This document shows, one piece after another, positions 51,507 through 60,967 of a stretch of DNA of 64,000 nucleotides. Position 1 is the first letter of the stretch; each line of letters begins with the position of its first letter. The position numbers were made by a program, and so were the translations under genes. Under the pieces are notes generated by a model. The model was not told the origin of the DNA, ran no database searches, and saw nothing but the letters and a program-made list of their open reading frames with translations. Source of the DNA: a virus; IMG/VR virus record IMGVR_UViG_3300032242_001941, positions 32,001-96,000 of that record. One strand, 5' to 3'.

Positions 51507-51782
51507 GTGAAACAGCGGCCAGATGAATCTTATGAACAATGGGTCAAGCGTGTCGAACAATACGAGTTTGGCCGTGCGTTGATGGAGTTGGCCAACGGTG
51601 CAGACCCAGAACAAGTATTAGCAGAAACCAGCAACCGCATGATTAAAAAGTTTCAACACCCAATTTTAGAAGCTATCAACGACATTCCGTCTGATTACAA
51701 CAGCACAGAAAGTCAAGAAAATTATCGAACAAATTATCAAGACCGTTTTGGTCCAAAACCTGACCACGTAAAGGATGATTAA
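51507..51782 (+). CDS. Hypothetical protein (resembles GluTR dimerisation helix)
   Basis: E..RAL..LA.G.DPE.VL......KK..HP. Confidence 0.5.
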   Translation: MKQRPDESYEQWVKRVEQYEFGRALMELANGADPEQVLAETSNRMIKKFQHPILEAINDIPSDYNSTESQENYRTNYQDRFGPKPDHVKDD

Positions 51783-52315
51783 TGGGTCTAACTTTGCCAC
51801 CCGACGATCCACACAATCCTAAAACCAAAAAGAAGAGTAATCTTGCAGACGGTCGCTCCAGCTACGATTCTACTTCAACAGGCGAGCTGATACAGTTCTT
51901 TAATAAGAATGTAACTCCTTACCCTACCGAAGTCGGTGGGCCAGCATTTGACCTTATTCCTGTTGAAAAGCAAAAAGACATCATGGTCAATGTGGCCCGT
52001 ATGCATGCCAAACAGGAGTACAACCGAATTATGGAGTTGGTAGCGGTCCTACAGCGTCAAGCCGATGAAGTTCGACAAAGATTGGATATTACTGACCTAG
52101 TCCATGCAGCCAAGTATAGCTTCCAAATTTATCACGGTCAATGCTATTGGTTGGCCTTTGATCGTGCCCGTGGAGGAACCTTGCTGACTCAAACCGGTCC
52201 ACACGAATGGTCTACCGAAAAACCAGACCATTATGAGTATGTTTGTAGGGTAAAATGGTTGGGTGATTACACCTGGATTGAAGTTGACCTAAATGGCGAA
52301 AGTGTGTTAAAATAG
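51782..52315 (+). CDS. DUF2452-like protein
   Basis: PYPTEVGGPAF, A.Y.F....G..Y.L, P.EW, D.TW. Confidence 0.65.
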   Translation: MGLTLPPDDPHNPKTKKKSNLADGRSSYDSTSTGELIQFFNKNVTPYPTEVGGPAFDLIPVEKQKDIMVNVARMHAKQEYNRIMELVAVLQRQADEVRQRLDITDLVHAAKYSFQIYHGQCYWLAFDRARGGTLLTQTGPHEWSTEKPDHYEYVCRVKWLGDYTWIEVDLNGESVLK

Positions 52316-52318
52316 TAT

Positions 52319-52570
52319 ATGACAGGACACAACGCATTTGAACAACTTGTAGCCTTTGCCGATAAAGATGGTAAAGTTCATGAACCCGTTACTCGAGAAG
52401 CATTTGAGCAGTGGAAACAGGATTTTACTTTTGAAGCCTTGCAAGGGCAACGATATGGGCAAAGTTTCTGTAACAGGTTTGGTATTTCTGATAACCTGTT
52501 GTATTATACCCAGTGGCCTGCTGATCAGGTCAATGACTATATTGTGAGATACTATCTTGTCAATCAGTAA
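52319..52570 (+). CDS. Hypothetical protein
   Basis: RYGQSFCN motif. Confidence 0.55.
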   Translation: MTGHNAFEQLVAFADKDGKVHEPVTREAFEQWKQDFTFEALQGQRYGQSFCNRFGISDNLLYYTQWPADQVNDYIVRYYLVNQ

Positions 52571-53186
52571 AATTGTTCGGGTTGAGCCAACAACTCCTAT
52601 GGTTGCGTTAACGTGGATGATTGGTGCCAGATGCAATTATGATTGTATGTACTGTCCTACAGATCTGCATGATACAACCAGCAGTCATCCAGATCTTGAA
52701 CAGTTGAAAACAGTTTGGGATTCGTTTTATCAAAAAACTCAGCATATCAATCTGCCTTACAAGATCAGCTTTACTGGCGGAGAAGTCACTGCCAACCGGA
52801 GTTTTTTACCATTGGTTGAACACTTAAGGTCGGGCGCATTCAACATAGGGCAACTGTTGGTCACTACCAATGGCAGTGCCAGTGTCAACTACTATACACG
52901 GTTGTCAGGTCTAGTGGATGCTATCAGTTTTAGTACTCACAGCGAGTTTATCAATGAGCAAGAATTTTTTAACAAGACGCAAGTAATCAACAATCTAATG
53001 ATAAGGCCTGCTAAGAGTTTTCATCTCAACATTATGAATGAATTTTGGAATCAAGATCGTATAGCACTATATCAGGCCTGGTGTTTACAGCACAGTATCA
53101 GCCACAGCATAAATCAAATTGATTATAACGCACAAACACGATCTGAACCAATTTTGCAAGGAGTCTATAATCTTGAGCCAGTTTGA
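52557..53186 (+). CDS. Radical SAM protein
   Basis: CNYDCMYC, TGGE, TTNGS. Confidence 0.9.
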   Translation: MSISKIVRVEPTTPMVALTWMIGARCNYDCMYCPTDLHDTTSSHPDLEQLKTVWDSFYQKTQHINLPYKISFTGGEVTANRSFLPLVEHLRSGAFNIGQLLVTTNGSASVNYYTRLSGLVDAISFSTHSEFINEQEFFNKTQVINNLMIRPAKSFHLNIMNEFWNQDRIALYQAWCLQHSISHSINQIDYNAQTRSEPILQGVYNLEPV

Positions 53187-53496
53187 AAATCACTTCAATT
53201 ATAACTGTACAATCACCACTGATTCAGGAGAACAGTATCAGGTCTATGCCAATTGGTTGCACAACGAGCACTTAGATCAGTTTATAGGCTGGCACTGTGA
53301 AGCAGGACACACTAGATTTTACATAGATAAAAACTTTGATATCTGGGATGGCGAGTGTAAGAACGCCCATCTAGGAAATGCATTAACAGAGTGGAGCATC
53401 AACACAGATACTATCTGCGGCCAAAGTACTTGTACTGGATGTACCGACGACTTGATTGCGGCCAAACATGCTGTCTTTTTTCAAACTAAAATTTAA
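53173..53496 (+). CDS. Stand-alone SPASM/twitch-like Fe-S domain
   Basis: W.C.AG...I...C....LGN...C....C.GC; AAGGAG before a TTG start. Confidence 0.7.
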   Translation: MSQFENHFNYNCTITTDSGEQYQVYANWLHNEHLDQFIGWHCEAGHTRFYIDKNFDIWDGECKNAHLGNALTEWSINTDTICGQSTCTGCTDDLIAAKHAVFFQTKI

Positions 53497-53505
53497 GGAA
53501 ACAAA

Positions 53506-53913
53506 TTGTTAGAAAAAAATTTATATTTTGCCTATGGTGCAAACATGCACCCCGAATCCATGCAGTGGCGTTGTCCCAAGGCCATGGCCCATCAAGCATT
53601 TATACTCCGTGATTGGGAATTAAAGTTCTACAGTCATGCCACTATCGAACATCGTCTGGATGCAACCGTAGCCGGCGTGCTTTGGGAGATTACCAAGGCA
53701 TGCGAACAAAGTTTAGACGCATTTGAAGGTTACCCAAGTTATTATACCAAACGTACTTGGATACAGGACAATACTCAGTTTTTCTTTTATGAGATGACAA
53801 GTCCCAAATCAGGAAAACCAAGTGAGGGCTATGTGCTAGACATTGCAGAAAGTTATGCGTTCTGGCAACTACCACAAAATTTATTAAACGAATCCCTACA
53901 TGACACTGCGTAA
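53506..53913 (+). CDS. Gamma-glutamylcyclotransferase (AIG2-like)
   Basis: YFAYGANM, RCP.A, GVLW, LD.FEGYP..Y. Confidence 0.9.
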   Translation: MLEKNLYFAYGANMHPESMQWRCPKAMAHQAFILRDWELKFYSHATIEHRLDATVAGVLWEITKACEQSLDAFEGYPSYYTKRTWIQDNTQFFFYEMTSPKSGKPSEGYVLDIAESYAFWQLPQNLLNESLHDTA

Positions 53914-54169
53914 AGTAAGATCAATCCCTAATCCTTTATTAAAAAGTCCCATGACCTATATGCGGGACCGAGATAGTTTTAATCATGCCCAGGAAATTAC
54001 CAAAGAATATGGGGTGCTTGAACATGTGCTAGATTGGTGTAAAGAAGAACTAACCGCAGACTGGAGATGGCAACTCCAAGAAGTTAGCAGTGAACACAAA
54101 CCAGGGCGTTACTGTTTTTTCTTTGACAGTGAGCGTGATTACCTAGCATTTATAATGAAATGGTTATGA
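53900..54169 (+). CDS. Hypothetical protein (F.F....D...F...W family)
   Basis: WC...FFFDSERDYLAFIMKW. Confidence 0.6.
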   Translation: MTLRKVRSIPNPLLKSPMTYMRDRDSFNHAQEITKEYGVLEHVLDWCKEELTADWRWQLQEVSSEHKPGRYCFFFDSERDYLAFIMKWL

Positions 54170-54170
54170 T

Positions 54171-54920
54171 ATGTCAGTAGATAATTTTTTAGTTTTAGAC
54201 AGCGTGTATGGCAAGTTTATCGTGCCTAGAACTTGTTTGTTTCAGGCTGAGGCCCTGGTCAAAACAGGCCGTACACATATCGAGGATGAACTACGCAATA
54301 TTTTTGCTATTGTGGAGACTCTTCCCACTGATGCCATTATTGTTGACGGTGGTACAAATGCTGGATTCTTTACCATCCCAGTGGCCTATGTTACTCGGCA
54401 TTTCGATACTAGGATTATAGCCTTTGAACCACAACGTCAACTATTTCAAGCTGTAGGTGGAAGTCTAGCACTCAATGGATATCGTAATGTTTTCCTACAC
54501 AATTGCGGATTGGGCAGTGAACCCGGTATTGCTCAACTACCTGCGATTGATTATGGTGTAGTTCAAGACTTTGGCACAGTACAACTTAGTGATGACGCTA
54601 CTGTAGAAGAAGATGGCTGGATGAATGATCGTGTGGTAGACATTACCAGCATCGATACTATGGCGCTACCTAGACTTGATTTCTTTAAGTTAGACGTAGA
54701 AGGGTATGAAGTTCCTGCGCTAACCGGCGCACTTAAGACTATTCAACAACATCGTCCTTGGATCTGGGTTGAATACTTTATTACCGGCGCCGATACTATC
54801 AAGCAAACATTGAGTAGTCTTGACGATTATGCTTTCTACATTGTTGATTACCAAAATATGCTGTGTGCTCCCCGTGAAAAACTAGCCAAAATCACCACTG
54901 TAGGGCTCAAAGAAGTCTAG
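54171..54920 (+). CDS. FkbM-family SAM methyltransferase
   Basis: VDGGTNAG, AFEPQ, KLDVEGYE..AL.GA. Confidence 0.9.
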   Translation: MSVDNFLVLDSVYGKFIVPRTCLFQAEALVKTGRTHIEDELRNIFAIVETLPTDAIIVDGGTNAGFFTIPVAYVTRHFDTRIIAFEPQRQLFQAVGGSLALNGYRNVFLHNCGLGSEPGIAQLPAIDYGVVQDFGTVQLSDDATVEEDGWMNDRVVDITSIDTMALPRLDFFKLDVEGYEVPALTGALKTIQQHRPWIWVEYFITGADTIKQTLSSLDDYAFYIVDYQNMLCAPREKLAKITTVGLKEV

Positions 54921-54978
54921 GTTGACCCAAAATTCCCATTTTGTTATAATAGCTGTATAGTAACTAATAGGAGTTTTG
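54920..54978 (+). promoter_or_regulatory. Conserved early promoter cassette
   Basis: TTGACC(54922)-17bp-TATAAT-AGCTGTATAG...AGGAG. Confidence 0.87.
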
Positions 54979-55506
54979 ATGACAAATCGTACACTGATCA
55001 TTATTGGGTGCAGTTTGTTGGCCTTGTTGTTGGTACGTCAGGAGGTTCGTATGGACGTGCTTGAAGAAAAAATTGACGATATAATCCATGTTAAGGAACG
55101 AGTCAACTATACCAAAAATGATGTGGAATGTTTAACTCGAAACATTTATTATGAAGCACGTGGTGAAGATCATCGTGGTCAAATGGCTGTAGCCCATGTC
55201 ACTATCAATCGACTGAAAACTGGCTATTGGGGCAATACAATTTGTAAGGTAGTTTATGCTAAGAAACAATTTTCGTGGACATTGGCAAAGAAATTACCCA
55301 GACCCGATTCAAAGGTATGGGCCGACTCAGAAGAAGTGGCTCGCAAAGTTTTAGCCGGGTATCGTATTCGTGGGTTGACAAGAAGTTTGTACTATCATGC
55401 CACCTACATCAAAGATCCAAAGTGGGCTGACTCACGTCATGAAGCAGGACAAATTGGTAATCATGTTTTTTACAATCGGGCTCGCGGTAGCTGGCTTGAA
55501 ATTTAA
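54979..55506 (+). CDS. SleB-like cell wall hydrolase (Hydrolase_2)
   Basis: CL..NIYYEARGE, AVA.V..NR, QFSW, YYHA.Y..P.W, IGNH.FY. Confidence 0.92.
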   Translation: MTNRTLIIIGCSLLALLLVRQEVRMDVLEEKIDDIIHVKERVNYTKNDVECLTRNIYYEARGEDHRGQMAVAHVTINRLKTGYWGNTICKVVYAKKQFSWTLAKKLPRPDSKVWADSEEVARKVLAGYRIRGLTRSLYYHATYIKDPKWADSRHEAGQIGNHVFYNRARGSWLEI

Positions 55507-55517
55507 GGAGAAGCACT

Positions 55518-55871
55518 ATGAAATCATATCGTTTTTATGAGGATGAAATGGAAATTTTAGGCAACCGTCTTGACCATGCTCGCGAAAGAGCTGCCAAGTC
55601 AACCAGTGCCTGGGCAAGAAATTACTGGCAAAATAATGTAGAACGATTGTTGTTTCAGTGGCAACAGTTACCCATACTCCATGATGGAGACGCCATGGTC
55701 ACAATTATTCCTCGCTGGGCAGTAGACTTTGATTTTTACGAAAAAGCACAAGAAGGCGGCCTGTATAACGGTATTAGTGATCGCGCTTACAATGCAGTAT
55801 TTCGTAACAATGTAAATCTCGATGCAAGTTGGGAGGCTCATAGAGCACAACGATTAGCAAAGGCACAATAA
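55518..55871 (+). CDS. Hypothetical protein
   Basis: AAGGAG RBS. Confidence 0.65.
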   Translation: MKSYRFYEDEMEILGNRLDHARERAAKSTSAWARNYWQNNVERLLFQWQQLPILHDGDAMVTIIPRWAVDFDFYEKAQEGGLYNGISDRAYNAVFRNNVNLDASWEAHRAQRLAKAQ

Positions 55872-56042
55872 CATGACCATGGCAACACGATTTACATCTG
55901 CAGATGGCAAGATTTTTACGGTAGAAGAAGTTAAACAAGTTGACAAAGAATTATGGGTCTACTATAATAATATTGAAACAGGTGACAAGTATTCCTGTTT
56001 ATTAGATGCATTTAGTCAACGATTTCAACCTTTGGAGCAATA

Positions 56043-56234
56043 ATGACAGAAGACCGTTTATTAGTAGCAGAAGCAGTAATGGCAGGCCAGATTCCAGAAT
56101 CTCACCTCACGCAGGCTGAAATTGACGAGTTGTTTGAAATTGCCTGCGATGCTGCAACAGACAAGTTAATGTATGAAGCCGAACAGCGTGGGTGCAGTGT
56201 ATTCGATGGCGTTGTCGGGGATACTCTCCAATAA
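56043..56234 (+). CDS. Small acidic hypothetical protein
   Basis: GGAG RBS; coupled start. Confidence 0.55.
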   Translation: MTEDRLLVAEAVMAGQIPESHLTQAEIDELFEIACDAATDKLMYEAEQRGCSVFDGVVGDTLQ

Positions 56235-56239
56235 ATTAT

Positions 56240-56836
56240 ATGTTTATTTCAACAAAACCTGGCACCTATAACGAAGATAGAAAAGCCGAAATTAAAAATC
56301 ACAACTTACCTATTTTACAATATATGTATATGGGCAATCGCAATACTCCATTGGAATGTCTTATTACAAAAACTCCTGGGTTCGTAGTAGTAGACGATTT
56401 TGTGACCGGGCGGCAGAAAATAAGATTTAGATTGGATTTTAACCATATTAGACAGCGTTCTAGCCAAAATAGACATGCAGGTCACTCCGTTGATAAAGGC
56501 TCAAGAGTTCCAAGCGGAATTTTTAGAGAAACTAGATTTGATAATGATTTAAGATATCTTTTTGAATTTATGTCCATTATGCCAATCTCCACCGAGTATC
56601 ATAGTTATATCAGTCAAGACAGCGCCAAGGGAGACATTACCTTAAAGAATTTTAAAAAAGAACATTGGCCTTGGGTATTACAGTCTAAAAAAAATTATAA
56701 CGAGTTTTGTGGCACTTATGGGCTCAATGGCGTTACCTATGAAGAATTCATTGATCACCTGAGTCATATACATTATCCGTCTATAAATCAACGACTTGAA
56801 TACGATTACTATACAAGATCATTTAGTCTATCATGA
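56240..56836 (+). CDS. Hypothetical protein, possibly HNH-like
   Basis: C.....LDFNHI...H pattern; weak. Confidence 0.5.
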   Translation: MFISTKPGTYNEDRKAEIKNHNLPILQYMYMGNRNTPLECLITKTPGFVVVDDFVTGRQKIRFRLDFNHIRQRSSQNRHAGHSVDKGSRVPSGIFRETRFDNDLRYLFEFMSIMPISTEYHSYISQDSAKGDITLKNFKKEHWPWVLQSKKNYNEFCGTYGLNGVTYEEFIDHLSHIHYPSINQRLEYDYYTRSFSLS

Positions 56837-57387
56837 ATCAGTTAAAACTATTGGTAGAATCATATCAGCCTACAACTTATAAACGAGTAAAACGCAGTGA
56901 GCAAACACATCTGGAAAGTGCTGAGCTTACAAAAAAAGAAATTGCTAGGCTGTTAAATTTATATCAAGACCAACAAACACTCCAAGAAAAACGCCTGGTT
57001 AGAGATGCCATTGATCATTGGTTGCGTAGATATCATGGCTATGTAATTGAAGGCGGCATTGGCAGTCATTATGTTGAAGTAGGTGTAGATCTCAGAGCTT
57101 GTATTTTTGAACACATTGTTCCGGCTCGTGACGCCCTGGATATGTTGTTACAAGGAATCATGACTGTTGATCAAGCTATGAATATTCCCACTTGTCTAAT
57201 CAGCAAAGACAACGATCAGGTCCTGCGTGAATCAGGCCTAGTGCAGTCCAGTCCCGACTACTGGTTATTTTTTCAACGCTATGCGGTATTAGATTCTCAA
57301 TTTGCCACCCATGATGGTAACATAATAGATACAGATACTTGGACTTTGCAAAATCATTACAATTACTTTGAACATTCGGTCATGTAA
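56833..57387 (+). CDS. Hypothetical protein, possibly HNH-like
   Basis: FEHIVP...C.IS.....L motif. Confidence 0.55.
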   Translation: MNQLKLLVESYQPTTYKRVKRSEQTHLESAELTKKEIARLLNLYQDQQTLQEKRLVRDAIDHWLRRYHGYVIEGGIGSHYVEVGVDLRACIFEHIVPARDALDMLLQGIMTVDQAMNIPTCLISKDNDQVLRESGLVQSSPDYWLFFQRYAVLDSQFATHDGNIIDTDTWTLQNHYNYFEHSVM

Positions 57388-58538
57388 TGTTAGAACAGTA
57401 TTATCAACAACTGTGTAACAACTGGGGTTATACCCCTACTGCTGATGTATGTACAGGCTACGAATCAGTATTGCCCGAACTTCGAGCACTGGGCAAAGAT
57501 GCATGGAATCGAGCTGATGATGCAGGTAAAGAAGCTATTCAGCAAGAAGTATTTGATATCTACCGTAGCGTAGGTATTGTTCCTATTACCTATTATAGTT
57601 TAGATGGATGCCGTGCTCAGGTTAATGAACTAGCAACAAAAACAAAATCAGTTAAAAACAGTCAACTTGGTGTAGGCAACAATGAAGGACTAGCATTTGG
57701 TCGCTTTTGGTTTCCGGGAATAATGGAGGCCAAGTGGAACGACAATGCAACTGTAAGTATAAAAGCACGTTTCAATCATGATAATAAACTAAAACGTGCC
57801 ATCAAGTTGGCTTATGTACACAGAGATGAAGGTGATGATACCGTTATCCCAAAAAACATTCGTAGAGCATTAGAACTGGTCAATGGCGGTACTATACAAA
57901 ACTTCAAACCTATGAACGCTAGAGCTGTATGGGAACATATCTGTCCTGTGTTCCGTGGCAGTGTGCTAGACTTTAGTTCAGGATATGGTGGCCGTATGCT
58001 TGGCGCAATGACAAGTAATATGCAATACCATTATACAGGTTTAGATCCTAATACAAAAACATTTCAAGGACTAGAAGCCTTAGGAGAATTAATACAATCA
58101 GAAAGACCCTGGAGTGGATTTAGTATAAATTGTGTTCCTAGCGAGGAGTTTGAGCCTATTCCTAGATTTTACGATGCGGCGTTTTCTAGTCCTCCTTACT
58201 TTAATCTTGAAACTTATACAGATGAACCTACACAGTGCATGAACCGTTATCGAGAACTATCTGCATGGTTTGATGGCTATGTTGTGCCAACACTTGAAAT
58301 GGTACACCGGAGCCTGGCCGACGATGGAATTTATGCTGTAAACATTGCCGACTATAAAAACGGTAAAGAACAATTTCAAATTGTAGAGCCATGGAAAGAG
58401 CTGTCCAAAAAAATAGGGTTCAAGCACGTTGAAACAGTGGACATGCTATTAAATGTCAGACCTGGAGTTGGAAACGGTAAACTTGAAAAAGCCTATAAGT
58501 CAGAAGGCATTTATATTTTCCAAAAAATGTCAACTTAA
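57387..58538 (+). CDS. Amino (N4C/N6A) DNA methyltransferase
   Basis: VLDFSSGYGGR (motif I) and FSSPPYF (motif IV). Confidence 0.85.
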   Translation: MLEQYYQQLCNNWGYTPTADVCTGYESVLPELRALGKDAWNRADDAGKEAIQQEVFDIYRSVGIVPITYYSLDGCRAQVNELATKTKSVKNSQLGVGNNEGLAFGRFWFPGIMEAKWNDNATVSIKARFNHDNKLKRAIKLAYVHRDEGDDTVIPKNIRRALELVNGGTIQNFKPMNARAVWEHICPVFRGSVLDFSSGYGGRMLGAMTSNMQYHYTGLDPNTKTFQGLEALGELIQSERPWSGFSINCVPSEEFEPIPRFYDAAFSSPPYFNLETYTDEPTQCMNRYRELSAWFDGYVVPTLEMVHRSLADDGIYAVNIADYKNGKEQFQIVEPWKELSKKIGFKHVETVDMLLNVRPGVGNGKLEKAYKSEGIYIFQKMST

Positions 58539-58563
58539 TATTGACCCTAGGCGTTAATATAGT

Positions 58564-58968
58564 ATGCCTAGGAGAAACTTATGTATGCACACCCTGTTAC
58601 CAGCATTACTACTCGCAACTTTGGTTCAGACAAGCCAAGCAAGCTCACCCAACTTGGTCTCTTACTCGGACCACAGTCCTTACGAATGGGTTGTCCCAAC
58701 TGTGACAGCCGAAGGTCGGGTCCGTGTCATCATCACAAAAACGAAAGTACGACTACACCTAGCTAAAACGCAACGACCTGTAATTAAATTATCAGTTGAT
58801 GATGACGACAGTGATTACTATGACGAACTACCCGAGCTGCAAATTGGGTATCGTCGCCCAGAGTTGGTCAATCAAAGTGCAGATGTAGATTTACCAGACG
58901 AAATAAAACTTAGGTTAGCTATAGCCAGATTAAAAGCACTGGAAGCATACAACAAAAAATGGTCCTAG
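58564..58968 (+). CDS. Hypothetical protein, possibly exported
   Basis: Signal-like MHTLLPALLLATLVQTSQA. Confidence 0.5.
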   Translation: MPRRNLCMHTLLPALLLATLVQTSQASSPNLVSYSDHSPYEWVVPTVTAEGRVRVIITKTKVRLHLAKTQRPVIKLSVDDDDSDYYDELPELQIGYRRPELVNQSADVDLPDEIKLRLAIARLKALEAYNKKWS

Positions 58969-59085
58969 ATTGTTATTAAAAAAATCAATAAGCGTTATTA
59001 AAATTATTATTGAAAAAATTAATAAAAACCGTTGATCTTATTGTTAAATACTATTACAATACTATTTTACTTTAAGGAGATGTCA

Positions 59086-59535
59086 ATGAGTATTACTATC
59101 AAAAATCTTGAATCGGCATTGGCTGGTGAGTCACAAGCTCACATCAAGTATCGTTATTTCGCAAAGATTGCACGTGAAGAAGGCTACGAAGATGTTGCCC
59201 GTCATTTTGAGTACACAGCAGATCAAGAAATTCTACACGCATGGGGACATTTGGAATTGCTTATCGGCAAGCCTACAACCAAAGAGTGTTTGGAAAAAGC
59301 CATTGCAGGTGAAACTGAAGAGTTCACACACATGTATCCAACCATGCTTGCGGAAGCAGTCGAAGAAGGTAATCAACAGGCTGCTATCGAAGCCAAGCAC
59401 CAGATTGCGGAATCTAAAGAACATGCTGAACAATTTGCCGCAGTGTTGGCCAAAGCTGAAAAACGTTTTGCGGCACTACAACGAGTAGAGAAGCGTCATG
59501 CCGAATCATATCAACGAGTCATGGAGGCACTATAA
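59086..59535 (+). CDS. Rubrerythrin (ferritin-like)
   Basis: NL..A.AGES.A..KY..FA..A, E..HA, E..H di-iron ligands. Confidence 0.92.
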   Translation: MSITIKNLESALAGESQAHIKYRYFAKIAREEGYEDVARHFEYTADQEILHAWGHLELLIGKPTTKECLEKAIAGETEEFTHMYPTMLAEAVEEGNQQAAIEAKHQIAESKEHAEQFAAVLAKAEKRFAALQRVEKRHAESYQRVMEAL

Positions 59536-59663
59536 TGGAACACGTATGCGTAATCTGTGGTCACGTCCACAATGAAGAATTAGAAGGTAAATGGGAGGAT
59601 CTACCAGAAGACTTTCCTTGTCCTGAGTGTGGCGGATTCAAGCAAGATTATATTGAGATGTAA
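59535..59663 (+). CDS. Rubredoxin
   Basis: Translates MEHVCVICGHVH...WEDLPEDFPCPECG; TAATG-coupled to rubrerythrin. Confidence 0.9.
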   Translation: MEHVCVICGHVHNEELEGKWEDLPEDFPCPECGGFKQDYIEM

Positions 59664-59742
59664 CTAAACAGTCACACTAGCGATCTTAAATAACTCAACC
59701 GGACACAAAGATAGAGTGTCTCTGGAGCTCGTAACCAGAACC

Positions 59743-59766
59743 AAAAGGACTCAGGTCCTTTTTCTT
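59743..59766 (+). terminator. Intrinsic terminator
   Basis: AAAAGGAC-TCAG-GTCCTTTT followed by T. Confidence 0.75.
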
Positions 59767-59835
59767 TGTCACAATTCTTTGGTTGACTTTTGATATATAC
59801 TATGTTACAGTTATATTACAAAAGGAGGATTAGTT

Positions 59836-59994
59836 ATGAAACAAAAGAAATTAATTTCTAAATTGTATCAGGCTTGTCTAGACCACGATACTAAAAAGGT
59901 TCAAGAACTCAAGAAAAAAGAGTTTGCTAAAATCTTTAAACACAAGGCCCAAGGCAAATCATTTGATACCAAATGGCATGTAGTTACGGTGTAA
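59836..59994 (+). CDS. Small basic protein
   Basis: AGGAGG RBS; [18 protein letters not shown]... Confidence 0.65.
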   Translation: MKQKKLISKLYQACLDHDTKKVQELKKKEFAKIFKHKAQGKSFDTKWHVVTV

Positions 59995-60011
59995 CAAATC
60001 CGTAACAAGTT
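59990..60011 (+). promoter_or_regulatory. Pho-box-like tandem repeat
   Basis: TGTAACAAATC/CGTAACAAGTT with 11-bp period, upstream of the PlcP-like gene. Confidence 0.55.
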
Positions 60012-60039
60012 TTCTCTGGCATTTTGGTTAAATATTGCT

Positions 60040-60864
60040 ATGCCAGAGAAAACTTACCGTTCAATCTTTATCTCGGATGTTCATCTTGGCACTCGCGACT
60101 GCAAGGCCGAAGCCTTAAATAATTTTCTCAAACACAACACCTGCGAAACCCTATATCTAGTAGGCGACATAATCGACGCATGGAAAATTCAACAAAATAA
60201 ATGGCGCTGGAAACAAAGCCATACCAATGTTGTACGTAGAATACTAGGACATGCCAAACGTGGCACTAGAGTAATCTATGTAGCCGGCAACCATGATGAA
60301 TTCCTCCGCCCGCTTATACCCTACGGCATGGGCTTTGGCGCAGTAGAAATTGTAAATCAAACAGAACACATAGGTCTAGATGGCAAGCACTATCTGGTCA
60401 CTCACGGTGACTTGTTTGATGGCATTACTAGACTGGCCCCTTGGCTGAGTTTTTTAGGAGATAAACTTTATGACTTTGTTCTCGACCTTAACAGTCGCTT
60501 TAATTGGATACGTCACCGTATGGGTTTTGGTTATTGGAGTTTGTCTAAGTATCTCAAGCATAAAGTTAAGAAAGCCGCTGACTTTATGTTTCAGTTTGAG
60601 CTTAATCTTGCTCGCTATTGTCACAAGCGCGGTTATGATGGCGTGATCTGTGGACATATACATCATGCAGAAATCAAAGAAATAGATGGTATCATTTATA
60701 TGAATGATGGTGATTGGGTTGAGTCGATGACTGCCCTGGTTGAAAATTACAATGGATCCTGGGCGATAGTTACCTGGACCAAGGAGCACGACGATGTGGA
60801 TACTAATACTGTTAGCAGTGAACATAAACAATCCCGCCGACGTCCCGGGAAGAATAAGCCTTGA
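60040..60864 (+). CDS. PlcP-like phospholipase C / LpxH-family metallophosphoesterase
   Basis: ISDVHLG, LVGDIID, GNHDE, HGDLFD, CGHIH, NDGDWVES. Confidence 0.85.
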   Translation: MPEKTYRSIFISDVHLGTRDCKAEALNNFLKHNTCETLYLVGDIIDAWKIQQNKWRWKQSHTNVVRRILGHAKRGTRVIYVAGNHDEFLRPLIPYGMGFGAVEIVNQTEHIGLDGKHYLVTHGDLFDGITRLAPWLSFLGDKLYDFVLDLNSRFNWIRHRMGFGYWSLSKYLKHKVKKAADFMFQFELNLARYCHKRGYDGVICGHIHHAEIKEIDGIIYMNDGDWVESMTALVENYNGSWAIVTWTKEHDDVDTNTVSSEHKQSRRRPGKNKP

Positions 60865-60967
60865 GTTTGCCACAGAACGAGCGTGTGAGTCAGCTCGTGA
60901 GTCAGTTAAATACTGGCTCAAGTTTGAAGGGTTTCGGGTCCAATCACAATGTCAAAAACAATCTTAG
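60794..60967 (+). CDS. Small exported two-Cys protein
   Basis: AAGGAG RBS; MWILILLAV...F.TE.AC...QC. Confidence 0.5.
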   Translation: MWILILLAVNINNPADVPGRISLEFATERACESARESVKYWLKFEGFRVQSQCQKQS

